Positions 35,894 through 45,106 of a stretch of 64,000 bases of DNA are shown here, piece by piece. This DNA is from Azospirillaceae bacterium (GTDB lineage: Bacteria > Pseudomonadota > Alphaproteobacteria > Azospirillales > Azospirillaceae). How positions within the stretch are numbered: the stretch's first letter is position 1; each line of letters begins with the position of its first letter. The position numbers and the translations under genes are program-made. The DNA is taken from NCBI GenBank assembly GCA_028283825.1, contig JAPWJW010000004.1, positions 2,292 through 66,291 of the forward strand, written 5' to 3'. The notes under the pieces were generated by a model. That model was not told the origin of the DNA and ran no database searches. It was given only the letters and a program-made list of their open reading frames with translations.

Positions 35894-38800
35894 TGGGCGG
35901 TCTTTTCGGCGGCAGCGCCTCTTCCACCACCACCACCCGTTTCACCAGCCTACAGGTGCAGACCAGTTCGGCCGGTGTGGCCAAATCTGTGATGTGGGGA
36001 CAGCGGCGTGCCGCTCCGAACCTGGTCTGGGCCAATAATCTGCAGTCCAAGGCGTCTAGCAGCGGCGGCGGCAAGGGCGGTGGTTCCAGCAGCGGTTATA
36101 CCTACACCATCGCGGTGGTCATGGCGCTCTGCGAGGGGCCAACGACCACCATCGGCCGGGTATGGGCGAATAAGGACGACACCACGCTGGCCAAGCTGGG
36201 CTTGACCTTCATGCCAGGCACCGATGGCCAGCAGGCGGTGACGGCCATCTATGCGAGCGCGCCGGCCGAAGCTCTCGCCTATCCCTTTACGGCCTATGTC
36301 GGCACGGCGACGTACGACCTGGGCAGCAGCGCCAGCTTGCCGAACCACAATTTCGAAGTGCAGTCCTGGCTGCACAACGCCCCCAACACCATGGATGCCC
36401 AGTGGCCGGACATCCTGACCGATTTCTTGACCAACGAGCGCTACGGCGCGCGCCTGGCTGCCGATTACATCGGGGATCTGAGCAGCTGGCGCGGCTACTG
36501 CGCGGCCCTGGGGTTCTACGGCTCACCCCTTCTGGACAGCCAAGAGACGGGCATCGACATCATCAACCGCTGGGCGCAGTTGACCAACACCGCCATTTTC
36601 TGGTCGGGGTCCGTCATCAAGGCGCTGCCGCTGGGGGACCAGGCCGTGTCAGGCACGGACGGCAGCTGGGACCCCGGCACATCCATCGTGCCTCAGTACG
36701 ACTTGACGTCTGACGATTTCATCGCCGACGCCAATGCCGACCCCATTACCGGCTCGGTGAAAGACCCGGCGGACACCTATAATTATGGTCAGCTGACGTA
36801 CTGCGACCGGACCAACAGCTATCAGGATGATGTGGCCACCGCCTTCATCCAGGCCGCGATTGACGCCGACCAGCTGCGGCCCATGGACACGGTGACGGGC
36901 CGTGAGTTGTGCGACGTCAACACCGCCACCCTTTCGATGCAGCTGCAGCTGCAGCGCGCCTGCTACGTCACCAACACCTATGCCTGGAAAACCGGGATCC
37001 AGTACCGGTTGCTAGAACCGGGCGACGTCGTCACCTTGACCGATGACCGGATGGGCTTGGACAAGTTCCCCGTCAGGATCACGAAAACCACGAACAATGC
37101 CGACAGGTCGATCGACTTCGAGGCGGAGGAACTGCCGGCAGGCGTCGGCACGGCAACTGCTCATCCGCGCACTACCACCGACACGGCCGCGATCAACACC
37201 AGCGTCGATCCGGGTGACGTCACCCAGGTCGTGATCACGGAACCCTCCCCGGGCCTGTCCGGCGGCGTGCAGCAGGTATGGATTGGCGCTGCCGGCGGGA
37301 CCTGGTGGGGTGGCGCGTCCGTCCGGATCAGCCTGGACGATGAGAAATACGAGCGCATTGGCGAATTGGAGGGGCCGTGCCGCGTGGGCGTGCTGGCCAC
37401 CGACTTGCCGGCGGCGGCCGACCCCGATACCACCAACCAGCCGCAGGTGACCCTGGCCAGCGCCCGGCTGGACCTGGGCACTGGCGACCAGGCCGACGCC
37501 GATGCCGGCCGCACCCTCTGCCTGATCGGAAACGAGATGATCAGCTACGCCACCGCGACGCTGGTGGCCGCGAACACCTACCGCCTTTCCTATGTGCGCC
37601 GCGGGCTGTACGGCACCACGATCACCGATCATCCGGCCGGCACCGCGTTCGCTCGCCTCGACGACAAGCTGTTCGCGTATGACCTGCCCAGCGCCTACAT
37701 CGGCCAGCGGCTCTACATCAAGCTGACCAGCTTCAACATCTTCGAGAGCGCGGAATACAGCGAGGCCGACGTTGACGCCTACACCTACACGCCGGTGGGG
37801 GCGGCCGGCATGCTGCCGGCACCCACCCGCCTGACGCTGGCCATCGAAACCGCGTTCCAGGCGGATGGCACGGTGCAGCCGGGCATCCGCGCCAACTGGA
37901 CGGCGGCGGACGCCGGCATGGCCACGGACACCGTGGTGCGGTTCGGGGCCGTCAGCGCCGGTGGGGTGAGCAGCTGGCAGACGGTGACGGTGGCCGCCGG
38001 CACCACCACCACCCTGCTGACGCCGGTGACCCAGACGCTGACCTATGCCGTCCAGGCGGCCAGCAGCATCAGTGCCGATGTGCGTTCGGTCTGGGCTCCC
38101 ACCACGGCCGCCACCATCACCGTGGGTGGCGTGCTGGCCGGGGCCACCATCACCAACCTGGAACTCTACGGCCAGGGTCTCGACACGACGTTTGTCACCC
38201 GGGATATCCACATCACCTGGCAGGGCAACTTCCCCAGCACCAGCTATGCGCTGGGCTCGGAACCCAACGGCACGGGCAGCGGCTTCGTGAACCCGTATTT
38301 CGCCGACTATGTGGTGGAGGTCTACGACCCCGACACGGACGCGCTGCTGCGCACCGAGCGGGTGACGGCGTCGGAATATATCTACACCTACGACAAGAAC
38401 GCCGGGGATGCCGGCGGCCCGCACCGCACGGTGAAGTTCAGCGTGCGCATGGAAGACAAGCTGGGTGGTCTGACCGATCCGCCGGCCACGCTGACCGTCA
38501 CCAATCCGCCGCCGGCACAGGTGCAGATCACCCCGCTGGGCATCAGCGGGGGCAGCGTCCTGCTGGGGTTCATCGCACCCGGCGACGTGGACTATGCCGG
38601 CGTGAACGCCTGGATCGGCACCACGGCCGACGTGGACACCAGCGGCACGCCGGCGGTCTCCGGCTATTCCGCCCCCCTGGTGGCGGCCGGCCTGACGGCG
38701 GGGCAGCAGTACTACGGCAAGGTGCAGACGTACGATGCATTCGGCTCGGCCGGCTGCCCGATTAGCGCCGCCTTCACTTGGACGGAGCCCTACGTCACTG

Positions 38801-40257
38801 CCGCCCAGCTGGCCGAAAAGATCATTGATGACACCAAGCTGACCGACGACCTGGCCGGCACCATCGACCTGATCACCGATCCCGCCACGGTGGTTGGATC
38901 GGTGGCCTACCAGGTCGCGCAGGAGGCGGCAGCGCGGGGGGCGGCGATCCAGACGGTGCAGACGGCCATCGGCAATGTCGCCACCAATGTGACCTCGCTG
39001 GCGGCGGTGGTGAACGACGCTTCCACCGGCCTGGCTGCGACACGGGCCCAGGTGACGGATTTCGAGCAGGCGCAGGCGACCACCAACACCGCCACGGCGA
39101 ACAGCATCAGCACGCTGACAGCGCAGGTGAACGACCCGGCCACCGGCCTGCCGGCGACCCTGGCGGCCGTCCAGGCCAACCAGAGCGCGCAGGCCGGCGT
39201 CAACACCGCCACGGCCAGCAGCATCAGCACGCTTCAGACCACCGTGGGGGCCAATACCGCCAGCATCGAGACGCTGGCCACCTCGGTGGATGGGGTTGAG
39301 GGTGAGTACACCGTCAAGATCGAGACGGACAGCGGCGGCGTGCCGTACGTGGCCGGCTTCGGCCTGATCAACAACGGTCCCGGCACCTCGCAGTTCATCG
39401 TGCGGGCCGATACCTTCGCCATCATCCCGCCCGGCGCCACGGTGGCACAGGCGCCGTTCGTGGTCGGCACGGTTGATGGCGCCTACATCGTGTCCATCAA
39501 CCACGCCTTCATCCAGAACCTGGATGCCTCCGTCATCACCACCGGCACCTTCGGCGCCGACGTCGTGTATGCCGGCACGCTCTCGGCCGACAACATCACG
39601 GGCGGCAGCATCGCCGGCAAGGACATCTACACGGCGACGGGTGGTCCCCGCCTGCTGATGCACGGCTCAGACGATGGCAACGGTTATGGCCCGTACTGGG
39701 GTGCCAGTGATGGAACCCGCTGGCGGGTGCTGATCGGGCGGCTTGCCAACGATTGGGGGATCAACGTCACCGACAGCGCCGGCCGCACCCTGTTCGACAC
39801 CAACGACCTGGGCACCGGGGTGGCCAGCAACATGCAGTCGGTGTCCGCCAATATGGACGGATCGACGATACTGGCTTCCGACAAGGGCGCATGGACCACG
39901 TTGTGCACGCTGCCGGCCTTTCAGGTTCGCGGCAACGCCTGCGATGTGCGGGTCAGCTTCAGCGCCAGCATCGTCAGTACATCCGGCACGACGGCTACCA
40001 ACGTGAATGTGCGGGTTCTTCGCACCAACGTACGGACGAGCGCGACGGAGGTCATCGGCCTGTCCCTCACGGCGGCGCCCTACCAGGGCTTCGCCACCGA
40101 TCCCGCGTTCACCGACACCAGCCTGGACCAATACACCTACGCCCTGCAGGCCTATCGACCCGCCGACATCGCCGGCGGCGGTGATACCGGGGGCACGATC
40201 ACCTACCAATATTGGCAGTACTACAACCTCTTCCTACAGGTGAGGTGGTTCCGATGA
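35893..40257 (+). CDS. Central tail fibre / host specificity protein
   Basis: ALCEGP, LEPGDVV, FN3-like repeats, coiled coil, DUF1983-like YVAGFGL...FIVRADTFAI. Confidence 0.85.
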   Translation: MGGLFGGSASSTTTTRFTSLQVQTSSAGVAKSVMWGQRRAAPNLVWANNLQSKASSSGGGKGGGSSSGYTYTIAVVMALCEGPTTTIGRVWANKDDTTLAKLGLTFMPGTDGQQAVTAIYASAPAEALAYPFTAYVGTATYDLGSSASLPNHNFEVQSWLHNAPNTMDAQWPDILTDFLTNERYGARLAADYIGDLSSWRGYCAALGFYGSPLLDSQETGIDIINRWAQLTNTAIFWSGSVIKALPLGDQAVSGTDGSWDPGTSIVPQYDLTSDDFIADANADPITGSVKDPADTYNYGQLTYCDRTNSYQDDVATAFIQAAIDADQLRPMDTVTGRELCDVNTATLSMQLQLQRACYVTNTYAWKTGIQYRLLEPGDVVTLTDDRMGLDKFPVRITKTTNNADRSIDFEAEELPAGVGTATAHPRTTTDTAAINTSVDPGDVTQVVITEPSPGLSGGVQQVWIGAAGGTWWGGASVRISLDDEKYERIGELEGPCRVGVLATDLPAAADPDTTNQPQVTLASARLDLGTGDQADADAGRTLCLIGNEMISYATATLVAANTYRLSYVRRGLYGTTITDHPAGTAFARLDDKLFAYDLPSAYIGQRLYIKLTSFNIFESAEYSEADVDAYTYTPVGAAGMLPAPTRLTLAIETAFQADGTVQPGIRANWTAADAGMATDTVVRFGAVSAGGVSSWQTVTVAAGTTTTLLTPVTQTLTYAVQAASSISADVRSVWAPTTAATITVGGVLAGATITNLELYGQGLDTTFVTRDIHITWQGNFPSTSYALGSEPNGTGSGFVNPYFADYVVEVYDPDTDALLRTERVTASEYIYTYDKNAGDAGGPHRTVKFSVRMEDKLGGLTDPPATLTVTNPPPAQVQITPLGISGGSVLLGFIAPGDVDYAGVNAWIGTTADVDTSGTPAVSGYSAPLVAAGLTAGQQYYGKVQTYDAFGSAGCPISAAFTWTEPYVTAAQLAEKIIDDTKLTDDLAGTIDLITDPATVVGSVAYQVAQEAAARGAAIQTVQTAIGNVATNVTSLAAVVNDASTGLAATRAQVTDFEQAQATTNTATANSISTLTAQVNDPATGLPATLAAVQANQSAQAGVNTATASSISTLQTTVGANTASIETLATSVDGVEGEYTVKIETDSGGVPYVAGFGLINNGPGTSQFIVRADTFAIIPPGATVAQAPFVVGTVDGAYIVSINHAFIQNLDASVITTGTFGADVVYAGTLSADNITGGSIAGKDIYTATGGPRLLMHGSDDGNGYGPYWGASDGTRWRVLIGRLANDWGINVTDSAGRTLFDTNDLGTGVASNMQSVSANMDGSTILASDKGAWTTLCTLPAFQVRGNACDVRVSFSASIVSTSGTTATNVNVRVLRTNVRTSATEVIGLSLTAAPYQGFATDPAFTDTSLDQYTYALQAYRPADIAGGGDTGGTITYQYWQYYNLFLQVRWFR

Positions 40258-40700
40258 CCGACACGCTGCCCCCTGCCATTGTCGCGGGCACCCATTACTA
40301 CGCCGATTACGACCCGACCACCGGCCGCATCCTGGCCCTGCACCAGCGCGACCCGCTCAACCTGCTGGCGGAAGGCGTCGGCGCTGAAGGCATCGGCCGG
40401 CTGAAGCTGACCGACGACCAGGTGGATGGCGTCTGGTCCTGCCAGGTGGTCGGTGGCGTGCTGACGCCCAAGAGCGACACCGCCCTGGCCGCGCAGGTGG
40501 CCGCCGCCGCCCTGGCCGACCTGCGCATCCAGCGGGATGCCCTGTTGTCCGCCAGCGACATCCGGGTGCTGCCTGACCGCTGGGCGGTGATGACCGATGC
40601 CCAGCGTGCCGCGTGGTCGCTCTACCGCCAGGCCCTGCGCGACCTGCCCACCACCATCACCGACCCAACCGCGCCCGCGTGGCCGGTTCAGCCCGCCTGA
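40254..40700 (+). CDS. Tail fibre assembly chaperone
   Basis: RDALLSASD...W..YRQALRDLP...WP. Confidence 0.8.
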   Translation: MTDTLPPAIVAGTHYYADYDPTTGRILALHQRDPLNLLAEGVGAEGIGRLKLTDDQVDGVWSCQVVGGVLTPKSDTALAAQVAAAALADLRIQRDALLSASDIRVLPDRWAVMTDAQRAAWSLYRQALRDLPTTITDPTAPAWPVQPA

Positions 40701-40709
40701 GGATTGACC

Positions 40710-43310
40710 ATGGCAGCCTATTCGACCGGCACCATCACCCTGACCAACGGCAGCGACGTCGTCACCGGCACCGGTACGGCCTGGCTGGCCAACGCCGCCC
40801 AAGGCCAGTTGCTGCAACCCCTGCCGTCGCCGACCATCAGCCTGGTGGCCTATGTGGCGGCCGTGGTGGACAATGGCAAGCTGCGCCTGGAAAGCCCCTG
40901 GGCTGGCGACAGCTACACCGGCATCGCCTACCAGCTGGTGCGCGACTTCGACCCGTTGTCGAACACGGCCCTGATCCCCAACGGCAACACGCGCCCGGAC
41001 GTGCTGGTGAACCGGGCGATCACCCGCCTGTCGCAGTATGCGGCGACGGGCGACAAGACGGCCGCCGTCGTCGTCGCCCAGGGCGCGGAAACCTTCCGGA
41101 CGCTGGCCGCCCACTGCGGCGACTTCCCCACGCCGATGGACTGGGGTGCTGTCGGTGATGGGATCGCTGATGACACAGCGGCCCTACAGGCAGCCTGGAA
41201 CGCCGTCGCGGTGATTGGGGGTGGCTGTCTGCATTTGGGCGGCAGGAACTTTCGGGTGACGGCCCCCATCTCGCTCTATACGGGCGTGCGGACCAAAATT
41301 AGGGGGCCGGGCACGTTCACGGTCGATTTCAGCGGCGCCAACTTGGTGGCCTTCAGCGCGACCAATCCCACCAGCCCCTCTACGCGAGGCGGCCAGTTGG
41401 AGATTGAGAACGTGGCCTTCAACACATCCGTGGCGGTTCAAAGCGCGGGCACCGGGCCAGTGCTCTTCGAGCATATGTATTGCAGCAGCCTGCGCCTGGT
41501 GCGGTGCACCCTGTCCAGCTACGCCAACAACACGGCGCTCCGGCTGGGATCGGTCTGGAACGCCGTGGTGGACGACACCTATGTGTGGGGGGCGGGCTGC
41601 CAGCGGGCGCGAAAGCAGATCCCCACGACAACAACCTTCTCCATTGCGTATGGGGCCACCGCTCTTCAGGCGTCCGCCGCGATTTTCGATGCCTCCGATG
41701 TCGGTCAGATCATCTGCGTGGGTACGCAGATCTTTACGATCCAGTCCGTGACGGATGCCCAAAATGCCGTCACGACGATGACGGCCGTGCGCACCACGTC
41801 CGGGGGAGTGGGCCTCTTCGACGGTGTGCGTGGCGCCATGGCGGCGGGATCGACCACGTTGACCTTGGCCGCCGCCGTTATGACCGCTGCTGACGTAGGG
41901 CGCCTCGTTTATGTTCTGGACGCGAAGCTGAACACCTATCCCACCAACATGCTGGCCCCGCTGCGGGCAACCATCACGGCAGTGAGTGCCGATGGGGCGA
42001 CGATAACGCTCGATACGCCGGCCTCAGCCACGGTCACCAATTCCTATGTTGCCATCTCCCCGGCCGTCGAGATCACGAACCAGGACGGTGCCAACAAGAC
42101 CAACGATTTCATCCTGCACGCTCTGCAGGTCGAGCAGTTTCGCGGCATCGGCCTGGTGATCAATGGCGGCGACAATGTCTTCATGTCGGGCTTGAAGCTG
42201 CATGGTTACCCCTCGGCACACAACAATACGTCCAGCCTGGCGGCCGCCCTCTTCACCGGCATGAGCGGCTACATCGCGGGCGCCGATTTCGAAGCCACGG
42301 TGGTCAACAACATCGCGCGGGTGATGGTGTCATGCCTGAACAGTGCCTTGGGCATCGACCAGGTTTCGGCGACCGTTATGGACGATCAACCGATCATCGC
42401 TCAGACGAGCGGCTATTCCGGCAGCATCTGCAACATCGGCAACGTTACGGTCGCCAACGCGTGTGCGGCCAGATCGTTGACGACGCCTTACACCAATACA
42501 GGTGTTGGTGTCCTGAATGTCTGGGGGGCATTGGGGGCCTATGCCAATGCGGCGCCGGTCATCAGCGTGGCGCGCACCTTCCGGCAGCCCGTGGCGGTCC
42601 AATCGGGCTCATTGGCTGCCCCGGGTATGGCCGTTGCCGGCGACAGTGACACCGGCCTGGCGCAGGTGAGTGGGGCCAACACTGTGTCGCTGGTCGCGGG
42701 AGCGGTCGAAGCCCTCCGGGTGTCCGCCACATACACGGCGATCCCTAACTACCTGGCCATCAACAATACGTCGAACCTCTACGACCGGCTGATCATTCGC
42801 GAGGACGCGGCGCGCCACATCTACCTCTCCACCATTTCCGATACGGCTGCGGCCTGCCCCTACATTTACGCCAAGCGGGCGAGGGTGACGGGCACCGCCA
42901 GCGCGAGCGGCGATCACCTGTTTTGGCTGGACATTCGTGGCAACAACGGCGTTTCGGACGTCAACTGTGCCGCAATCACCGTGCTGCAGACGGGAGCCGT
43001 CAACGGCAGCAATGTCCCGGCTGCCATCGTGCTGTATGCGCAACCTGCCTCGGGGGTGACCTACGCACAGGAAATCCTGCGGGCAAACGGCGACTACTCG
43101 GTGGTGCACCGGGGAAACGCCCAAACCATCATCAATGCCAATTCGCTCCACACCCATCGGCCGTACACGGTCGCCGGCCTACCCGCCGCTGCCACCAACC
43201 AATGGGCGGAAGCCGCCGTATCCAATCCGACGACGGGCAAGCTGCCGAAGGTCATGAGCGACGGCACCAACTGGCTCTACATGGATGGATCCGTCGCCCG
43301 CGCGGGCTGA
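40710..43310 (+). CDS. Tailspike / receptor-binding protein with beta-helix
   Basis: YSTGTITLTNGS..VTGTGTAW anchor; WGAVGDGIADDTAALQAA. Confidence 0.78.
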   Translation: MAAYSTGTITLTNGSDVVTGTGTAWLANAAQGQLLQPLPSPTISLVAYVAAVVDNGKLRLESPWAGDSYTGIAYQLVRDFDPLSNTALIPNGNTRPDVLVNRAITRLSQYAATGDKTAAVVVAQGAETFRTLAAHCGDFPTPMDWGAVGDGIADDTAALQAAWNAVAVIGGGCLHLGGRNFRVTAPISLYTGVRTKIRGPGTFTVDFSGANLVAFSATNPTSPSTRGGQLEIENVAFNTSVAVQSAGTGPVLFEHMYCSSLRLVRCTLSSYANNTALRLGSVWNAVVDDTYVWGAGCQRARKQIPTTTTFSIAYGATALQASAAIFDASDVGQIICVGTQIFTIQSVTDAQNAVTTMTAVRTTSGGVGLFDGVRGAMAAGSTTLTLAAAVMTAADVGRLVYVLDAKLNTYPTNMLAPLRATITAVSADGATITLDTPASATVTNSYVAISPAVEITNQDGANKTNDFILHALQVEQFRGIGLVINGGDNVFMSGLKLHGYPSAHNNTSSLAAALFTGMSGYIAGADFEATVVNNIARVMVSCLNSALGIDQVSATVMDDQPIIAQTSGYSGSICNIGNVTVANACAARSLTTPYTNTGVGVLNVWGALGAYANAAPVISVARTFRQPVAVQSGSLAAPGMAVAGDSDTGLAQVSGANTVSLVAGAVEALRVSATYTAIPNYLAINNTSNLYDRLIIREDAARHIYLSTISDTAAACPYIYAKRARVTGTASASGDHLFWLDIRGNNGVSDVNCAAITVLQTGAVNGSNVPAAIVLYAQPASGVTYAQEILRANGDYSVVHRGNAQTIINANSLHTHRPYTVAGLPAAATNQWAEAAVSNPTTGKLPKVMSDGTNWLYMDGSVARAG

Positions 43311-43336
43311 ACCCTTCACTCAGGATAAGGAAGAAG

Positions 43337-43705
43337 ATGCAGATTACGACGATCCCTTATGGCGCCCAGGTCCGCCTGATGCGCAACCCCGACGGCTCGA
43401 TCAGCGTCGCGGACATGAGCTACCAGGCACTGGAAATCTTGATCGCGGACGATGGCACGGTCACCCCGACACGTGAGTTGCCGCCACGCACCATTACCAC
43501 CGCTGATCCTGAATATGGGGCGTTGGTCAATGCCATCGACACCGCGATGGCGGCGGACAATGCCAATCTGACGGCCGCCAACACCGCGCTGACCGGTCAA
43601 CTGCAGGCGGCTCAAGCCGCCTTGGCCTCGGTGACGGCTGAGCGGGATGCCCTGCTGCAGTCCCAAGTGCCTGCCACGGCTGATGCTGGAGGCGCTGTGA
43701 CCTAA
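43337..43705 (+). CDS. Hypothetical protein with C-terminal coiled coil
   Basis: AAGGA RBS, last prophage gene. Confidence 0.6.
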   Translation: MQITTIPYGAQVRLMRNPDGSISVADMSYQALEILIADDGTVTPTRELPPRTITTADPEYGALVNAIDTAMAADNANLTAANTALTGQLQAAQAALASVTAERDALLQSQVPATADAGGAVT

Positions 43706-43720
43706 CTCGTGACCTAACTC
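43697..43720 (+). repeat. 12-bp tandem duplication GTGACCTAACTC
   Basis: Exact repeat spanning the stop codon. Confidence 0.9.
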
Positions 43721-43766
43721 GGCGGTACGCTTAAGGGGCTTTGAATGGCCTCTTAAGCGTGGTTTT

Positions 43767-43808
43767 CTGCTCCAAGCTTAAGTGTCATTCAGTCCAAACT
43801 TAAGTGGC
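43767..43808 (-). repeat. Right-end transposase-binding sites R1/R2
   Basis: GCCACTTAAGTTTGGACTGA and GACACTTAAGCTTGGAGCAG, 22-bp spacing; R1 and L1 both start at the 9th base from the end. Confidence 0.75.
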
Positions 43809-43821
43809 GCGCTTCAGCGAT

Positions 43822-44143
43822 GCTGGCCTTCTATCTGGACTCGGCCGAGGGCGAGGAAGGGCGGCGGGGCTGCCTGGTCGCCGGGGCGGCGACGGACATG
43901 TCCACCTTCGATCCGGAGATGGCGGCCGTGGTCGCGGGCGCCCTGGCCGCCACGGAGGCGCAGATCGGCCGGCTGGTCACGCAAGGCCAGGCCGACGGTT
44001 CCATCCCGGCGTCGGTGGATGCGGCCGCCACGACAGTGGCCCTGCTGTGTTTGCTGCAAGGGCTGCGGGTGGTGGGCAAGACGGCGCGCCCGCGGGACAC
44101 GTTGGCGGCGGCGGTCGCCACTGCATTGAAATTGCTGGACTAA
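43822..44143 (+). pseudogene. TetR-family regulator, 3' part
   Basis: RRGCLVAG...GQADGSI...LQGLRVVGK; in-frame continuation of 1694-2022. Confidence 0.92.
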
Positions 44144-44192
44144 AACGTTCCATCCGGCCGCAGGGGCACGGCGCTATTCGCTTGCCTTAAAA

Positions 44193-44208
44193 GAGAACGA
44201 CCATTTCC
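44193..44208. promoter_or_regulatory. Second candidate TetR operator before hydrolase
   Basis: GAGAACGACCATTTCC, 12/16 match to 1665-1680. Confidence 0.5.
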
Positions 44209-44226
44209 TTATAGAAAGGCCATGCC

Positions 44227-45102
44227 ATGTCCCATCAATCCCTGACCTTGCATCCACCCGGCGGCCCGGCCATCGCCGGTGTGGAGGCCGGGCCCGCTGA
44301 CGGGCCGGCCGTGATCCTGCTGGCCGGCTGGCCACAGACCCTGCATGCCTGGCGCCATATGCTGCCCCGGTTGGCGGCGGCGGGCTGGCGCGTCATCGCC
44401 CTGGACCCGCCGGGACTGGGGGATAGCGATCCCCTGCCGGCAGGGCATGCCTACGACACCGCCACTGTGGCGGATGTTCTGGCGGCGGCTGTGGCCAGCC
44501 TGGGGGTGGAGACGTATGCCGTCGTCGGGCACGATGTTGGCGCCTGGATCGCCTACGCCTGGGCGGTGCGCCATCCCCGGGCCGTCAGCCGGCTGTGCGT
44601 GGCGGAGGGGGCCATCCCCGGCATCATGCCGGACGCCGCCTTCGGCATCGCCAACGCGGCCCGCGTCTTCCAGTTCTATTTCCACGCCGTGGAGGGCTTG
44701 CCCGAGGTTCTGACCGAGGGGCGGGAGCATCTGTATTTCGACTGGTTCTTCAATGCCAAGACGCGCGTTCCGAGCGCCATCAGTCCCGCCGACCGGGCGA
44801 TCTATGCCGCCAGCTACCGCCGGCCGGGCCGCATGTCCGCCGGTTTCGCTTACTACCGGGCGGTCCCCGTCAGTAGTGCGCAGAATCGCGCCGCAACGCT
44901 GCCGCCCATGCCCATCCTGGCCTTGGGCGGGGAGGCATCGGTGGGCGGTAGTCTCCATCGTGGCTTGCTGGCCCAGGATGCCGTCCCCGGGGCGAAGGTG
45001 TCGGGCCATGTCATGCCCGGCGTCGGCCACTTTCTGCCGGAGGAGGATCCGGAGGGCTTCGCGGTGGTGGTGCTACCCTTCCTGGATGGTGCCGAGGGCT
45101 GA
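44227..45102 (+). CDS. Alpha/beta hydrolase (epoxide hydrolase-like)
   Basis: GWPQ, GLGDS, GHDVGA nucleophile, GHFLPEE. Confidence 0.88.
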   Translation: MSHQSLTLHPPGGPAIAGVEAGPADGPAVILLAGWPQTLHAWRHMLPRLAAAGWRVIALDPPGLGDSDPLPAGHAYDTATVADVLAAAVASLGVETYAVVGHDVGAWIAYAWAVRHPRAVSRLCVAEGAIPGIMPDAAFGIANAARVFQFYFHAVEGLPEVLTEGREHLYFDWFFNAKTRVPSAISPADRAIYAASYRRPGRMSAGFAYYRAVPVSSAQNRAATLPPMPILALGGEASVGGSLHRGLLAQDAVPGAKVSGHVMPGVGHFLPEEDPEGFAVVVLPFLDGAEG

Positions 45103-45106
45103 TGCC

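Larger units (their letters stand above)
2023..43816. mobile_element. Mu-like transposable prophage, 41,794 bp
   Basis: TG at 2023, CA at 43815-43816, flanking direct repeat GCGAT (2018-2022, 43817-43821), DDE transposase + AAA ATPase, full virion gene set. Confidence 0.97.

Noticed and set aside
22176..39663. Long antisense ORFs (22176-24215, 31708-33189, 37012-39663 and others)
   Set aside because: Shadow ORFs opposite well-supported genes, expected from high-GC codon bias.
40710..43816. Invertible tail-fibre segment or diversity-generating retroelement
   Set aside because: No invertase, reverse transcriptase, gix-like inverted repeats or TR/VR pair seen.
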